This document shows positions 9,550 to 20,693 of a stretch of DNA of 64,000 bases, piece after piece. The notes beneath the pieces were generated by a model. It was not told the DNA's origin. It saw only the letters and a list, made by a program, of their open reading frames with translations, and searched no databases. This DNA is from an uncultured Chloroflexia bacterium (GTDB taxonomy: Bacteria > Chloroflexota > Limnocylindria > Limnocylindrales > CSP1-4), in the NCBI GenBank assembly GCA_963749705.1, contig CAVVNQ010000010.1, positions 1-64,000 of the forward strand, read 5' to 3'. A program made the translations under genes and the position numbers. Positions within the stretch are counted from its first letter, which is position 1; every line of letters starts with the position of its first letter.

Positions 9550-10960
9550 GGCAGCGCGCTTAGGCGTGCTGGTGAGTCGCCTGCCGCCAGGTCCAGGGAG
9601 TCGAGCCGCCGGCACGATCGGCGGCGGGAGGGCGAACTGAGGGTTGGTGTAGCAGGGACGCAGCGCGAACCGGCCGTATATCCGGGTGCTGGACGGCACG
9701 ACGCGCCCGCGTGCGCGGATCGCGCGGAGGAGCGACTCGTTGAGGTCGTCCAGGCGGGCCCCGTCCGTCCAGCCGCTCGGGCGGTAGCGGAAGCAGCAGA
9801 TGGAGAGGACGGGCTCCGCGAGCAGCTCGAGCTCGTCGGACGAACGCGCCCGCTGCGCGACCCGGCGGGCGCAGTCGTTGTGCCGGATCAGGCGGTCGCG
9901 CATCCCGTCCGCGCCGATCTCGCGCAGGATCGCCCACACGGCCAGCCCGCGAGCCGGTGTCGAGAAGTCGACGCCCAGGTCCGGCGTCCCGTACCCGATC
10001 GCATCGAACGGGGACGCGGTGTCGCCTTCGTCCGCGGTCGCGTGGCGCTCCCGGTCGTAGTCGCCGGTCTCGATCGTGAACGCGCGACCAAGGATGCCCT
10101 CGTCCCGCACGATCGTGGCGCCCGTCCCGACCGGCGCGGCCATCCACTTGTGCGGGTCCACCGCGAACGAGTCGTACGTCGAGACATCGCCATACCGGTC
10201 GCGCACGCGGGGATCGAGAAGGCCGAAGCCCCCGTACGCGCCGTCCACGTGGAGCCAGATCTCTCGCTCGTGGGCGATGCGGGCGAGCTCCGTCATCGGA
10301 TCGATCCTGCCCCCGTTCACGTCGCCCGCGCAGCCCACGATGGCGACCTGCGTGCAGCCGACGGCGCGATCTTCGTCAAGGGCCTGCTGGAGCAGGTCGA
10401 GGTCGATCGTGCCCGCACGGTCGAGCGGGATCGACCGCAGGTTGCGACGACCCATGCCGAGCACGCCCAGGGCGCGACCCACGACGTGATGCGTCTCGAT
10501 GCTCGCGTAGACCCGCGGCTCGGGCATCCCGTCGATGCCGTCCAGCGACGGGCGGAGCCCCAGCCGCTCGCCGGCGTGCTGCCGCGCGGCACCGATACCC
10601 AGCAGGTTCGCCGTCGAGCCGCCCGCGGTGAAGGTGCCCTCGAACTCGGGTGGAAAGCCCAGCAGCTCGATCAGCCAGCGCATCGCCAGGTGGCCGCGAA
10701 GTTCCCGGGCGTCATCCACCAGCGCTGCGGCACCGCGACGGCCTGGGCCAGGTCCGCGGCGGCGGCGACGGGGTTCGACCGGTGGTAAGCCGAGGAAGCC
10801 CGATGCTCTACCCGCAGGACGGCGATCCGTCGGCGTGTGGGAAAGCGTGTCGATGGCGAGCGGCCGTCAGCGGCGGCCAGGTCGACAGCACGCGACCGCT
10901 CCCGGGCGGGGTCAAACCCTCGAAGCGCAGGAACGCGTCGAGCGCCGGCAGGATGGCCGG
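9550..10960 (-). pseudogene. Group II PLP-dependent decarboxylase, frameshifted or garbled at both ends
   Basis: Intact core (GGSTAN, HVDGAYGG, DPHKW); the N-terminal pieces ADLAQAVAVPQRWWMTPGNF and ILPALDAFLRFEG lie in other frames; C-terminal helix degenerate after CYTNP; limits approximate. Confidence 0.7.
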
Positions 10961-11237
10961 ATCGACGTTCCAGGGCGCCGGTGGCGGCGCATCGCGGGGT
11001 CGGTCATGGGGCGGTGATGAACAGTCCGTACCGGCCGCCGGCAGCTCGCGGCCAGAGGATCGCCCGCGACACCTCGACGAGATCGCCGGCGCTGTCGACA
11101 CGAGTACGGGATCAGAGGGGCCTGAACGGTGATTCACACGCCCGACGACTACCCGACTGTTCGGCTCGGCGGACTCCATCGCATCGCGAGCTTGCGACGC
11201 ATCCAGATCAGCCGGATCAGGCGGCTGCGAGAAGGCC

Positions 11238-12654
11238 GTGCCGGAATCTGTCGATGCCGTCGCCTTCAGCGCCCGCGGTGCCGCCGTCTTCCTCCGCACC
11301 ACGCCGACGTTGATGGGGATCAACCCCGTCGTCGGCATGCCGGCCGCGATCCTCACCTTCCTTCCGCGCTACCCGCTGGTGACCGCCGACCACGGCGCCA
11401 GGTACCACGACAAGCTGCGCGGCTTTCCGGGCCAGCGAAGGCTGGTGCGATCGACTGCGGGCCCCCGCCCGGCGGGACCGCCGATCGTCATCGCGGCAGG
11501 CAAGCCGAAGGCGATGCGACTGGGCGCCCGTGTACGCAGACGAGTGGGGTAGGGCTCGACGAGCAGGACGCGAGTGCCGCGCCTGCGCGACCAGGTTGCA
11601 GAGATGTCGAACGGGCCGTCGCCGGGGGTCGGGCAGAGAGCCACGGCGATACGCTGCGACGCTCCCTGGACGACGGCCGGGATCATGCATCTCGGTGGCG
11701 GTCCCGGGACCTGCGGCCGCGGAGCTGAGGGCCGCGACCTGCTGATCAGCGGCCGGCAGGCACGAGATCGGCGAGGCGAGCGTCGCCCGGGTCGAGGACG
11801 AGTATCGGCGGATCGCGGCCCCGATCCTGGGGACCGACGACGTTGCCCAGATCTACGGCGGCTTCGCGAAGATCCGGCCCTGAGGTACCGGGACGGCGAC
11901 ACGCTGATCGCCGATGCGACCGGGGCACTTGCCCGCGCCAACGCGGCCGCGGCCGCATGGTTCGGGACCCTGCCCGTCGCGACCTGTACGGCAAACCCGA
12001 CGATGCAGGGCGGGATCGCGTTCTATTCCCCGCCGACGCGGGACGGGACCAAGGGTGGGGAGTTCTTCGTCAACGTCGCCGACCCGGCGATGTGGGGCAC
12101 CTACCAGGTCCAATCGATGACCTTCCATGAGAGCGTGCCGGGTCACCACCTGCAGCTGGCGATCGCCCAGGAGCTGCCTGACCTCCATCCGCTGCTGGCC
12201 GAGAGCCTGGTATCCGCCTACATCGAGGGATGGGGCCTGTACACGGAGCGTCTGGCCGACGAGATGGGCCTGTACGCGTCCGACCTCGACCGGCTCGGGA
12301 TGCTCTGGGGCGACTCGGCCCGATCGTGCCGGCTGGTGGTCGACACCGGCCTCCATGCGCTGGGCTGGACGCGCGACCAGGCGATCGACTACATGCTCGC
12401 CCACGCACGGATGACCCGCGCCCGGATGGCGGCCGAGGTCGATCGCTATATCGGCTTGACCGGCCGGGCGTGCAGCTACATGCTGGGCAGGCTGGCGATC
12501 GACGACGTCCGGGCGACCGCACAGGCGCGCCTGGGCGATCGGTTCGACATCCGCGCCTTCCACGACCAGGTCCTGGCGACAGGCTCGATCCCGCTCGAAT
12601 TCGCTGCGCCTAACGATCGACGAATGGATGGACGAGGTCGATCGAGGCGGCTGA
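11238..12654 (+). pseudogene. DUF885-family protein, fragmented
   Basis: HESVPGHHLQ, AYIEGWGLYTE, LVVDTGLH, FDIRAFHD motifs; apparent frameshifts near 11856 and 12600 (natural end SLRLTIDEWMDEVDRGG* at 12654). Confidence 0.75.
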
Positions 12655-12800
12655 GATCCGGACGACACCGATACGGACCGTCGGCTCGGCCGACAGGGCG
12701 ATCGTTTGCCGGGTGGGGTCCCGGTCCCGGACGGCGCAGGCGAGGCGCGGCGCCGCGTCGAGGCCGGCTCAGATCCGGCCGAACATGGATGATAGGCGGC

Positions 12801-15800
12801 GTGGAGATCGAGCCGACCGGGACGATCACGTTCCTGTTCACCGACCTTGAGGGCAGTACCCGGTTGTGGGAGCTGCACCCGGTATCGATGACGGGTGCCC
12901 TCAGCCGGCACGACGCGATCCTTCGCGACGCGATCGAGGCATCGGGCGGCCGGGTCGTCAAGACCACCGGCGACGGCCTGATGGCGGTGTTCTCGGGCGC
13001 GATCGACGCGGCGACCGCGAGCCTGGCGGCACAGCGCGGGCTGGCCGCTGAGCCCTGGGGTGAGACCGGGGCGCTCCGCGTGCGGATGGGCGTCCACTGT
13101 GGCCAGGCGGAGCAGCGAGGCGGCGACTTCTTCGGCCCAACCGTCAATCGGACCGCTCGGATCATGGCCGCCGGGCACGGGGGCCAGGTGCTGCTGTCGG
13201 CGTCGGCCGGGGCGCTTGCCACGGAGCAGCTGCCGGTGGGTATGACGCTGATCGACCTGGGCGAGCACCATCTCAAGGACCTCGGCCGGCCCGAGCACCT
13301 GTTCCAGCTCGCCCACCCGGATCTCCCTTCGGCGTTCCCGCCGCTGGTCACCGTCCGCCAGGCGGGCGCCGACCTGCCGGCGAGGGTCGCGGAGCTGGTC
13401 GGCCGCCGGGACGAGATCGCCCAGATCACCGGCCGCCTCGCGGATGGCTCCGTGCGCCTGATGACGCTGATCGGGCCGGGCGGCACCGGCAAGACCACGC
13501 TCGCGATCCGGGTGGCCCGCGATCTTGCCCATCGGTTCCCAGACGGCGTGTCGTTCGTGGACCTGTCCAGCGCTCGTGACGCGAACGCCGTGCTGGTGGC
13601 GATCGCCCGGGCGGTGGGTCTGGGCGAGATCATCGACCGCTCGCTCGAGGACGAGCTCGTCGATCGCCTGCGCGACCGTCGGATGCTGATCGTGCTCGAC
13701 AACCTGGAGCAGGTGACCGAGGCGGCGGGCGTCGTGGCGCGGCTGCTGGCCGAGTGCGCACGGTTGACGGTGCTCGCGACCAGCCGCGAGGCGCTTCACG
13801 TCCGGGCCGAGCAGGTCTATCCGGTTCCGCCGCTCGGCCTGCCGCCGGCCGGCCGGGGAGCTGCGTCGGCGCGAACGGTCGGGGAGTCCGAGGCCGTCCA
13901 GCTGTTCATCGATCGCGCCCGCGTGGTCCGCCCGGACTTCGAGCTGACCGACGCGAATGCCGCCGCCGTCGCCGAGATCTGCCGCCGGCTCGACGGCCTG
14001 CCGCTCGCGATCGAGCTCGCCGCCGCGCGCCTGCGGCTGTTCTCGCCGGAGGTGCTCCGGGACCGGCTCGGTGACCGCCTGGGGCTCCTGCGCAGCGGTC
14101 CGCGCGACCTGCCCGAGCGCCAGCAGACGCTCCGGGCGGCGATGGACTGGAGCTACGAGCTCCTCGAGCCCGGCGAGCAGCGGCTGTTCGAGCTGATGGC
14201 CGTGTTCGCGGAAGCGGATGTCGCCGCGGTCGAGGCGGTGGCCGCATCGCTTGGCCCGATCGACGGGGTGGAGCTCGACGTTCTCGAGGGTCTCGCCGGC
14301 CTGATCGAGAAGAGCCTCCTGCGGCGGGTGGACGTGCCGGGCGGTGAGCCGCGCGTGACGATGCTGGAGACGATCCGCGAGTTTGCCGCGGACCGGCTCG
14401 GCCAGCGACCGGACCTCGCCGCGCGAGCCCGCCGCTGTCACGCGACCTGGTATGCGGACCTGGCGCGACGACTGCGGGCGGACCTTGTGGGCGGTGGACG
14501 GGAGAAGGCGCTGGCAGCGCTGGGCGCGGACGCCGGCAACCTGCAACGAGCCTGGGCCTGCTGGGTCGAGGAGCGCGACCTGGAGCAGCTCAACGGGCTG
14601 GCCGCGGCGCTGCTGATCCTCAACGACGCCCACGGCTGGTACCTCGATACGGTCAACCTCGCCTCGGACATGCTCGCCGTTCTCGGTGCCGGCGGTTCCT
14701 CGCCGGATGCGATCAACCAGGAGATCGCGCTGCGGACGACGCTGGCCCGGGCGCTGATCGCGACCAAGGGCTACACGCCCGAGGTCGAGGCCGTGCTCTC
14801 GGGCGTCCTCGAGCTGTTCGAGCGCGGCGCCGACGTGCGCCAGCAGTTCTCCGTCCTGCGTGGCCTCGCCAGCCTGTACGTGTTCACGGCGCGACTCCAG
14901 GAGTCCGCTCGTCTTGGCCGCGAGATCCTCGCGCTCGGTGAGGCGCAGCGCGATGCGCGGATGCTCATCGACGGCCACCTGCTGGTGGGAACGACGCTGA
15001 TGTCCTTCGATGACCTGGCCGGCGGGCTCGAGCATCTCGATGCAGGGATCGCGCTGTTTCCCGACAGGCCGACCGCGGGGCGCACGGTGACGGTGGGCAC
15101 GGACTCGCGCGTCTCATGCCTGACCACGTCCGGGATCACGCTGTGGCTGCTCGGTCGTCCGGACCGCGCCGCCGAGCGGGCCGACGCGGCCCTTGCGCTC
15201 GCGGCCCAGCTGGATCACCCGTTCACCTCCGCATACGCCCGGTTCCACGCAGGCATCCTGCGACACTGGCGGCGCGAACCGGGCATCACGCTCGACCTCG
15301 CGACCGGCCTGCTGGACCTCGCCGAGGAGCACGAGTTCCGGATCTGGACGGCGGCCGGCAGCGTCCTCCTCGGGGCCGCGCAGGTCGAGCTGGATCGCGT
15401 CGAGGAGGGCCTGGGCCATATCCGTTCCGGGATCGGCCTGTATGGCGAGCTCCGGTCACCGCCGGTCTTCTGGCCATTCCTGCTGTTCGTCGCGGCCCGA
15501 GCCAACGCCCGTGCGGGGCTGACCGCGGACGGATTGCGCGCGATCGACACCTCGATCGAGATCTTCGGTGCTGACTCGGCCGCATCGATCCTGCCCGAGC
15601 TCCGGCTCGCCAGAGGGGACCTGCTGGCCGGGGGAGGCGGCAGCGGATCCGAGGCAGGCGACGCCGAGGCGTGCTACCGGCTGGCGCTGGACCGGTCGGC
15701 CGAGCTTGGCGCCCGGATGTCGCAGCTCCGCGCGGCGACGCGCCTCGCGCGGCTGCGGATGGAGTCGGGGGATGTGGCCGCCGCCAGGACCATCCTCGGC

Positions 15801-15887
15801 CCGGTCTACGCGTCGTTCACCGAAGGCTTCGATACCGCCGACCTGCGTGATGCGCGCGACCTGCTCGAGGCGGCGGGAACCGGCTGA
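12801..15887 (+). CDS. Adenylate cyclase - NB-ARC/STAND ATPase - TPR protein
   Basis: LFTDLEGST, VKTTGDG, DFFGPTVNRTAR; Walker A GPGGTGKT, VLDNLEQ, LDGLPLAIELAAA; helical repeat C-terminus ending FTEGFDTADL. Confidence 0.9.
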   Translation: MEIEPTGTITFLFTDLEGSTRLWELHPVSMTGALSRHDAILRDAIEASGGRVVKTTGDGLMAVFSGAIDAATASLAAQRGLAAEPWGETGALRVRMGVHCGQAEQRGGDFFGPTVNRTARIMAAGHGGQVLLSASAGALATEQLPVGMTLIDLGEHHLKDLGRPEHLFQLAHPDLPSAFPPLVTVRQAGADLPARVAELVGRRDEIAQITGRLADGSVRLMTLIGPGGTGKTTLAIRVARDLAHRFPDGVSFVDLSSARDANAVLVAIARAVGLGEIIDRSLEDELVDRLRDRRMLIVLDNLEQVTEAAGVVARLLAECARLTVLATSREALHVRAEQVYPVPPLGLPPAGRGAASARTVGESEAVQLFIDRARVVRPDFELTDANAAAVAEICRRLDGLPLAIELAAARLRLFSPEVLRDRLGDRLGLLRSGPRDLPERQQTLRAAMDWSYELLEPGEQRLFELMAVFAEADVAAVEAVAASLGPIDGVELDVLEGLAGLIEKSLLRRVDVPGGEPRVTMLETIREFAADRLGQRPDLAARARRCHATWYADLARRLRADLVGGGREKALAALGADAGNLQRAWACWVEERDLEQLNGLAAALLILNDAHGWYLDTVNLASDMLAVLGAGGSSPDAINQEIALRTTLARALIATKGYTPEVEAVLSGVLELFERGADVRQQFSVLRGLASLYVFTARLQESARLGREILALGEAQRDARMLIDGHLLVGTTLMSFDDLAGGLEHLDAGIALFPDRPTAGRTVTVGTDSRVSCLTTSGITLWLLGRPDRAAERADAALALAAQLDHPFTSAYARFHAGILRHWRREPGITLDLATGLLDLAEEHEFRIWTAAGSVLLGAAQVELDRVEEGLGHIRSGIGLYGELRSPPVFWPFLLFVAARANARAGLTADGLRAIDTSIEIFGADSAASILPELRLARGDLLAGGGGSGSEAGDAEACYRLALDRSAELGARMSQLRAATRLARLRMESGDVAAARTILGPVYASFTEGFDTADLRDARDLLEAAGTG

Positions 15888-16089
15888 TCGGGTCCAGCGC
15901 CCGTTCGGCGGCATCACCCATCGGGCGAGCACGCCCAGCGGCTGCTCCACGATCGTGCTCGCGGGTTGACCTCGGGCGATCGCAATGCGTAGCCTCACCG
16001 ACGAGCCTATCGGGGATTGTCCTCGGCGCAGGTTGTCCGTCACCTGGCCGCGGGGGTCGGTCCTGCGTCCCCCAACGGAGGATCGTGCC

Positions 16090-16683
16090 TTGCACACCCC
16101 GACGACCCGGTCCGGCCGCGCCACTGCCGCGTTGGCCACCCTCAGTCTCGTCCTTGCCGGCTGTTCGGGCGGTGGCGAGACGACCGATCCGACTCCGGAT
16201 CCCGCGAAATCGTCGTCGGTTGCACCCAGCGCCGACTCCGGTGGAGCCGCCACCCCATCGGCTGCGGCCCCCGAAGCGCCCAGCGGAGGCACCGGTGGCG
16301 GCGACACGGGTCCGGCGGCCGACCCCGGCGAGGGCCGGCTCGAGGTCAACGGGAAGACCTACGCGCTCACGATCAGCGACTGCAAGTTCACCGACGATGG
16401 ACCGTCCAAGGGCTCATTCGAGGTCAACGGGCCAGAGGGGACGGGCGCATCGTTCGACATGGTCCAGTTCTACCTGGGCGACGACTGGTCGCAGACCAGC
16501 GTCCAGCTGGACTTCGGCCCGACGCAGATCTACGTGATCCGCTCCGGTACCCGCGAGGGGGCCGTTCCCGCAACCGTCGACGGTTCGAACGTGACCTGGA
16601 TCGAGAGCTATCGTGAGCTCGATGTGGCGGCCAACTCCCAGGTGGACCTCGGCGAGGGTGTGCTGAACCTCACCTGCGCCTGA
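16090..16683 (+). CDS. Hypothetical lipoprotein
   Basis: GGAGG RBS and TTG start; lipobox LVLAGC; Ser/Pro/Ala linker and beta-rich domain with a Cys pair. Confidence 0.7.
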   Translation: MHTPTTRSGRATAALATLSLVLAGCSGGGETTDPTPDPAKSSSVAPSADSGGAATPSAAAPEAPSGGTGGGDTGPAADPGEGRLEVNGKTYALTISDCKFTDDGPSKGSFEVNGPEGTGASFDMVQFYLGDDWSQTSVQLDFGPTQIYVIRSGTREGAVPATVDGSNVTWIESYRELDVAANSQVDLGEGVLNLTCA

Positions 16684-16841
16684 CGCTTCAACCGGGAGCG
16701 AGGATCGAGCCCGGCCATCAAGGCTTGATTGGCGCGCCACGGTGCGCCTCGCTCCCCATGAGGTACCACCGTCGATCGGGTTCCTTGATCGGCTGCCGCG
16801 AAGCTCGGTCGGCTAGCTGCTTCGAGCTGAGCTGCGCGCGC

Positions 16842-19391
16842 TCACGCCCGACGGGTCGCGGCGGCAGGACGGCGCGTCGTGACGCTGCTCATCGTCCGCG
16901 CGTCGCCGCCCGACTGCTTGGTCGAGTTGCTGCCCGGCGCGGCCGCGGCGACCCCGATCGACGCCGTTCCCGGGCTCGATGACCACGCCTCCACCGGAGC
17001 CGGCCGGCCGACCAGGTACCCCTGGGCGAGGTGGACTCCCAACCGGCGCAGCGTCGCGAGCTCGGCCTGGGTCTCGACACCCTCGGCGATCGTTTCGCAC
17101 TGCGACTCGGCGGCAAACTGCTGGAGCCCGACGACCATGGCCATCCGCGTGCGATCCGTGTCGACGGCACGGGTGAGGCTCATGTCGAGCTTCACGTACG
17201 CCGGCCGCAGCTCCACGATGTGACTGAAGTTGGCGATGCCCGCGCCGGCGTCGTCGACCGCGATGCGCACCCGGGGGCGGAGCCGGCCGACGGCGGCGCG
17301 GAGCACGTCGTAATCCTCGACCGGGACGTGTTCGGTCACCTCGAGCACGACCGGCCGGTCCGCTCGGCGCAGGAGGCCGGCGAGCCGGCGGTCCCGGACC
17401 ACGAGGCTGGGCGATACGTTGAGGCTGAGCCAGGTGCATTCCGGCAGCCCCGCGGCCGCGGTGATCGCGGCCGCCAGGGTCGCCACCTCCAGGTCGGCCT
17501 CGAGCCCCGCGGCCCGGGCGTCGGCGAAGACGACGTCCGGGGGTGATCCGTTCGAGAAGCGGGTCAGCGCCTCGAACCCCACGTGCTTGCCCGTGACGAC
17601 GTCGACGATCGGCTGGAAGACCGGCCCGTATGCGCCGGCCGCGATCACCCCGGTGATGCGCTCCACGATGGCACCGGTCTCGGTCAGGTCCGCGATCGCC
17701 GGCCCGACGAGTGCGCCACCGATGGCCGCAACCTCGAGCAGTGTGGGCAGCAGCTCGGCGAAGCGCTCCACCGCGTCGACCTCCGACGAGGTCGCGGTCA
17801 GGAGTGCGATGAGCCTGCCGCCATGACGCACCGGCGCGTACGCGAGCGCCCGGGTGGCCATCTCATGGTGCACCTTGTTGTACGGATGACCCGGCCGACT
17901 CGCCCAGGCCTCGACCCAGGGCCCCGCCTCGGCCCGCTCGCGCAGCGTTCGGCTGCGCTGGTGCGGCAGGCGGCGCAATGGCACGGCCACCCCGTCGGCC
18001 CGCACGAAGGCGAGCGATACGGCCGGCCCCTCGAGCGTGAAGTAGGCCAGCGAGAGGCTCTTCAACCCGGACAGGCCGACGGCCTGCTGGCAGATCGCCA
18101 CGGCGATGTCGGCCGCCGTTGCACCCGCCTGCACGGCGGCGACGGCCTCTGTGACGATGGTGCGCTCCCGCGTCACCCGTTGATGGGCAGCTTCCAGGGC
18201 CCGTTCCCGGGTCACGTCGCGCTTCACGGCGACGTAGCTCGTGATCGTCCCGGCCGCGTCGTGGATCGGCGAGATGACGGCCTCCTCCTCGAACAGCGTG
18301 CCGTCCTTGTGCCGGTTGGTGAGATCTCCGACGAACGACTGCCCGCTCGTCAGCGATTTCCACATGGCGGCGTAGAAGGCCGGGCCATGAACGTCGCTCT
18401 TCAGGATGCGGGGGTTCTGGCCCAGGACCTCGTCGGACGAGTACCCCGTGACCCGCACGAAGGCCGGGTTCACGTACTCGATCGCCCCTGACGCGTCCGC
18501 GATGATCACGGCCTCCGCCGACTGTTCGATCGCGGCCCACAGGCGCTGGCGCTCTGCCCCGCCCTGGGTGGCGGCGACCTTGACGCGCAGGCTCTCGACG
18601 CCGTACGCGAGGTCCGAGGCGAGCTCCTCGAGCAGGGCGATCTCGTCGGGCTGGAAGGCAAGCGGGTCGCCGGCGTAGATCACCAGCGTGCCGAACGGCG
18701 CGCCGTCGATCTTGAGCGGCAGTGCTGCCAGCGCACGGATCCCCTGCTCGACCATCTGGGGACGCCAGGCGAGGTCTTCGTCTGCGGCGACGTCCGGGCT
18801 GACGACCAGCCGACCCTCCCGGATTGAGGTCCCGGCGGGACCCAGGCTCCCGCGCGCCGGGTCATTCCAGCTGAGGGTGATCCCGTCCAGGTAACCGGCA
18901 ATCGAACCGGCCCGGGCGACCGGTCGGATCGTGCCCGATGGATCGTCCTCGCGGTAGCCGATCCAGGCGCCGAGGAATGCACCGTGCTCGGCGATGACCG
19001 AGCAGAACGCCCCGAGCAGGGTGGGCTCGTCGGGGATCCGGACGAGCTCCTGGTTCGCCAGGGAGAGGGTCCGCAGCACCCGGTTGAGGCGCTCCAGGTG
19101 CACCTCCGCACGTCTCTGCGCGGCGCCGTACCGAGCCACCATGACCGCCAACAGCGCGCTGGTGACCAGCACGAAGGCCCAGCCCTTGAGCGTCGAGATA
19201 GTCGCGAGCGCAGCCGGGCTCGGGGCGAGCGCGTAGATCACGCGATCGCTGAGCAGGATCCAGACAACTGCCCCGGCGGCATACCCGATGACGATGCCCC
19301 GGGCAGAGACTCGCAGGCGAGGCGTCAGGCTGTGCATGGCCCCCATCGGTCCGGTCGCGCGTCCGCGGGCGTCGCGAAGGCGCGGGTGCAT
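16842..19391 (-). CDS. Membrane-anchored GAF-PAS-EAL c-di-GMP phosphodiesterase
   Basis: Two N-terminal TM helices; PAS (YVNPAF..GQNPRILKS); EAL motifs FEAL, LNVSP, EVTE, DDAGAG, KLD, AEGVET, QGY; no GGDEF; start may be 19346 or 19337. Confidence 0.9.
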   Translation of the reverse strand: MHPRLRDARGRATGPMGAMHSLTPRLRVSARGIVIGYAAGAVVWILLSDRVIYALAPSPAALATISTLKGWAFVLVTSALLAVMVARYGAAQRRAEVHLERLNRVLRTLSLANQELVRIPDEPTLLGAFCSVIAEHGAFLGAWIGYREDDPSGTIRPVARAGSIAGYLDGITLSWNDPARGSLGPAGTSIREGRLVVSPDVAADEDLAWRPQMVEQGIRALAALPLKIDGAPFGTLVIYAGDPLAFQPDEIALLEELASDLAYGVESLRVKVAATQGGAERQRLWAAIEQSAEAVIIADASGAIEYVNPAFVRVTGYSSDEVLGQNPRILKSDVHGPAFYAAMWKSLTSGQSFVGDLTNRHKDGTLFEEEAVISPIHDAAGTITSYVAVKRDVTRERALEAAHQRVTRERTIVTEAVAAVQAGATAADIAVAICQQAVGLSGLKSLSLAYFTLEGPAVSLAFVRADGVAVPLRRLPHQRSRTLRERAEAGPWVEAWASRPGHPYNKVHHEMATRALAYAPVRHGGRLIALLTATSSEVDAVERFAELLPTLLEVAAIGGALVGPAIADLTETGAIVERITGVIAAGAYGPVFQPIVDVVTGKHVGFEALTRFSNGSPPDVVFADARAAGLEADLEVATLAAAITAAAGLPECTWLSLNVSPSLVVRDRRLAGLLRRADRPVVLEVTEHVPVEDYDVLRAAVGRLRPRVRIAVDDAGAGIANFSHIVELRPAYVKLDMSLTRAVDTDRTRMAMVVGLQQFAAESQCETIAEGVETQAELATLRRLGVHLAQGYLVGRPAPVEAWSSSPGTASIGVAAAAPGSNSTKQSGGDARTMSSVTTRRPAAATRRA

Positions 19392-19500
19392 GGATCACCC
19401 GCCCTCGTTGTACACGCGCACCGTGCCTCGGGGCACTCCCCCAATCGTCATGGGCATGGGCGTCCGCCGCCGAACCCGACGGTCCGCGTAGCGGGACCGA

Positions 19501-19577
<77 letters not shown>

Positions 19578-19714
19578 GCGGACCGCGATGATACCGGCTG
19601 GGGCAATTCGCGAGCCGCCGTGACGAGCGACCGGCGGTGCTGGCGCGGCGCGGGACCAGCCGGTCCCGGGGATCCGGTTGCGGACGCGGCATCGGCTGTC
19701 GCACACTCCGTCTC

Positions 19715-20648
19715 GTGCCCCGACATGCCCGCCCTGCATCGGCGCGACTTCGTCACCGCCGCATCGTGCCCCTGGCAATCCTGGTCGCGTGTGCCGCGCT
19801 GCTCTGGCCGCCCGGCGCCGTCCCCCGCGGCGCGGTGCTCGACCTGGTCAGCGACGGCGGCTCGGGGCTCGCGTCGGTGGCCGGGCAGGGGCCGACGCCG
19901 GCACCGATCGCCCCGAAGGCGCCGGACGCGGCAGTGACCGCCGCCCCGGTCGCACCGAAATCCGCCCGGACGCTGGTCGATGTCGAGCGGCCAAAGGCGC
20001 CGCCCCTCGACCTCCTCCAGGGCTATGCCTGGCCGATCGCGCACCCGAGCCTGACCCTCCCGTTCGGGCCGACGCACGTGGGGCACGCGCGTCGTCGACG
20101 GCGAGCTGTTCCACGACGGCGTGGACCTGGCGACGTTCTGCGGGGATCGGATCAGCGCCGCACACGACGGAACCGTGCTCGCGGCCGGCCGGAGGTACGA
20201 CGCGTTCATGGGCTGGATCGGCGACCTGAAGCCGTACCTCGCCCGGCTCGACGCCAAGGGCCTGTGGAGCACCCTGCCGATCGTGGTCGTGATCGACGAT
20301 GGCGACGGGTACTGGAGCGTCTACGCCCACTTCGAGCGCCTCGTGGTCAAGAAGGGGCAGCCGGTGCATGTGGGCCAGCTGCTCGGCTACGAAGGCGCCA
20401 CCGGACACGCCACCGGGTGCCATCTCCACTACGGGCTGTTCTCGCCCTTCGAACGGGACACGTTCGGCATCGACCCCGGCGTCGTCAAGCGGATGCTGGT
20501 GCCGACGGAGGAGATCGCGCGGGTCGATCCGCTGCTCGTCCTTCCGCCCAAGCCCGGGATCAACGCGCCGGCGACGCCCCGGCCCACGACCGCGGTCGCC
20601 AGCCCGTTGACGGCCTCGCCCAGCCCGGTGGTGGTCGTCGCGCCCTGA
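19715..20648 (+). pseudogene. M23 metallopeptidase with an apparent frameshift near 20077
   Basis: YAWPI..LTLPFGPT in one frame continues as WGTRVVDGELFHDGVD..YAHF..TGCHLHY in another; HxxxD and HxH motifs intact. Confidence 0.7.
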
Positions 20649-20693
20649 CGCTCCGCCACGTTCAGGGCGTCCCGCCCGTCCGCGCCCGACCGA

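Noticed and set aside
8161-10719. 852-aa decarboxylase-AlaDH fusion ORF
   Set aside because: The linker is garbled non-coding-like sequence and the AlaDH-like gene has its own RBS and ATG at 9336; read-through artefact
11574-15887. 1437-aa DUF885-cyclase-STAND fusion
   Set aside because: The natural DUF885 end lies in another frame (stop at 12654); the junction translates as Arg/Gly-rich nonsense
1-19500. Genomic island integrated at the tRNA-Arg 3' end
   Set aside because: Content looks accessory, but I found no integrase, att duplication or obvious composition shift
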